Below, in pieces: positions 5,245 to 6,393 of a stretch of DNA of 6,393 nt (the first letter of the stretch is position 1; every line of letters starts with the position of its first letter). Under the pieces are notes generated by a model that was not told where the DNA came from, ran no database searches, and saw only the letters and a list, made by a program, of their open reading frames with translations. Made by a program: the position numbers and the translations under genes. The stretch lies in IMG/VR virus record IMGVR_UViG_2576861133_000006; one strand, 5' to 3'. This DNA comes from a virus. Lineage: Duplodnaviria; Heunggongvirae; Uroviricota; Caudoviricetes.

Positions 5245-6294
5245 TCAAACGATTAAACCCTGAACTTCCCTGACTGTCTGCTCAAAACGTCCGGTCTCCA
5301 GCTCAACGCCAATCGCACGACGCCCGAGCGCCAGTGCCGCTTTTACCGTTGAACCTGAGCCCATAAAAAAATCTGCAACCAGGTCACCCGGACGACTGCT
5401 TGCGCTGATTATCTGCTGCAGCATTTCTGCCGGTTTTTCGCACGGATGTTTCCCGGGATAGAACTGCACCGGTTTATGTGTCCACACATCCGTGTACGGC
5501 ACCTGCGCCGTCACACCAAAATACCGCCGCAGATGCTTATATTCACTCTGCAGCTCCACATACTGCCGGTTCAGTGACGTATACGTATCCACCAGCTGGT
5601 GGTGGGGCTTTTCCAGTTCACCGCGCTGATGTTTCTCTTCTGCCACCCGGGCAAACAGCGACTGTAATTTCAGATAATCGCTTTCGTTCGGTAGCTGCCA
5701 CTGACTGGCACTGAACCAGTGCGACACCATGTTTTTCTTTCCTGTGGCATCTGCAATCTGTTTTGCCGTTATCCCCAGGGCCGCGCGCGCATCACGAAAG
5801 TAAGAAATCAGCGGGGCCATCACATGCTGTTTCAGTGCACTGCCCTTCGCCGCATACCCGGCATCTTTCGGACGATACGGCCCCTGATAATGTTCCGCGA
5901 ACAGAATGCGCTCTGTGGCGGGGAAATACGCCCGCAGGCTTTCCTTGTTGCATCCGTTCCAGCGTCCGGACGGCTTCGCCCAGATAATATGGTTCAGCAC
6001 ACTGAAGCGTTCACGCATCATGATTTCGATATCAGATGCCAGGCGATGACCACAGAACAGGTAAAGACTTCCGGCAGGTTTCAGCACCCGCCAGAACTGC
6101 GCCAGACACTGGTCCAGCCACTTCAGGTAATCATCGTCGCCCTTCCACTGGTTATCCCAGCCCTCAGGCTTCACTTTAAAGTACGGCGGGTCCGTGACTA
6201 TCAGGTCAACAGAATTTTCGGGTAACGACCGGATAAATTCCAGGCAGTCGGCGTTGATTAACTCACAACTGGATATTTTTACAGTATTAGCCAT
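5245..6294 (-). CDS. DNA methyltransferase, beta-class amino-MTase (N6-adenine or N4-cytosine), 349 aa
   Basis: DPPY catalytic motif near the N-terminus (LIVTDPPYF) and FxGxG SAM-binding motif near the C-terminus (DFFMGSGST). The order motif IV then motif I defines the beta class. In-frame stops immediately upstream of the ATG at 6294 fix the start. No restriction endonuclease partner is present in the window. Confidence 0.85.
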   Translation of the reverse strand: MANTVKISSCELINADCLEFIRSLPENSVDLIVTDPPYFKVKPEGWDNQWKGDDDYLKWLDQCLAQFWRVLKPAGSLYLFCGHRLASDIEIMMRERFSVLNHIIWAKPSGRWNGCNKESLRAYFPATERILFAEHYQGPYRPKDAGYAAKGSALKQHVMAPLISYFRDARAALGITAKQIADATGKKNMVSHWFSASQWQLPNESDYLKLQSLFARVAEEKHQRGELEKPHHQLVDTYTSLNRQYVELQSEYKHLRRYFGVTAQVPYTDVWTHKPVQFYPGKHPCEKPAEMLQQIISASSRPGDLVADFFMGSGSTVKAALALGRRAIGVELETGRFEQTVREVQGLIV

Positions 6295-6393
6295 AGATCA
6301 ATAAGCACTTCTCTGATAGGCTCATACCGCTTTTGCGCAAAGCAGATGGGCCTGAGGTTTGCTTGTGACCCCAACGCATGAGCAGATGGCTGG

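Larger units (their letters stand above)
1..6393. mobile_element. Segment of a lambdoid (Stx-phage-like) prophage late region: methyltransferase, tRNAs, cargo slot, nanS-p-like esterase, lysis cassette
   Basis: Gene content and order on the minus strand (MTase, tRNA-Ile2, tRNA-Arg, cargo, DUF1737/SASA esterase, pinholin, DUF1327, SAR endolysin) match the known Q-to-lysis architecture of Stx-type lambdoid phages. Patchy GC (cargo 3451-4030 very AT-rich, esterase GC-rich) is typical of mosaic phage DNA. Prophage boundaries are not in the window. Confidence 0.75.

Noticed and set aside
5478-6225. Plus-strand ORFs inside the methyltransferase gene (5478..5714, 5719..6225, 5763..5987)
   Set aside because: Antisense to a CDS with clear DPPY and FxGxG motifs. 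Pro/Arg/His-rich products typical of GC-rich shadow frames.
1-6393. CRISPR array or integrase/attachment site
   Set aside because: No regularly spaced short direct repeats with unique spacers. The only large repeat is the 252-bp tandem duplication inside a CDS. The tRNAs are complete phage-type genes within the late region, not truncated att-site tRNAs, and no integrase is in the window.
6295-6393. 3' end of an upstream minus-strand gene (possibly the Q antiterminator) entering from the window end
   Set aside because: Two minus-strand frames are open across these 99 bp, but with no start codon or recognisable motif in view the assignment cannot be supported from the window alone.

Overview
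This window reads as a segment of the late/lysis region of a lambdoid, Stx-phage-like enterobacterial prophage, with all main genes on the minus strand. In transcription order (high to low coordinate): a beta-class DNA methyltransferase (6294..5245), two phage tRNAs (tRNA-Ile2 CAU and tRNA-Arg UCU), a ~1.5 kb AT-rich cargo slot (3451-4942) sitting where Stx phages carry stxAB, a NanS-p-type sialate O-acetylesterase (3450..1579), an intrinsic terminator, an S21-like pinholin with a dual-start motif, a DUF1327/YdfR-like gene with a near-perfect in-frame 252-bp tandem duplication, an antisense 90-aa ORF, and the 5' part of a SAR-type endolysin running off the window start. No stx genes are present. 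The most interesting part is the cargo slot: two convergent, rare-codon-rich ORFs of unknown function flank a 447-bp ORF-poor, GC-richer core containing hairpins, a 28-aa hydrophobic micro-ORF and a micro-ORF whose Shine-Dalgarno lies in a hairpin. The antisense ORF inside the lysis cassette is the second candidate. All functional assignments are from motif and family recognition by eye, not from database searches.
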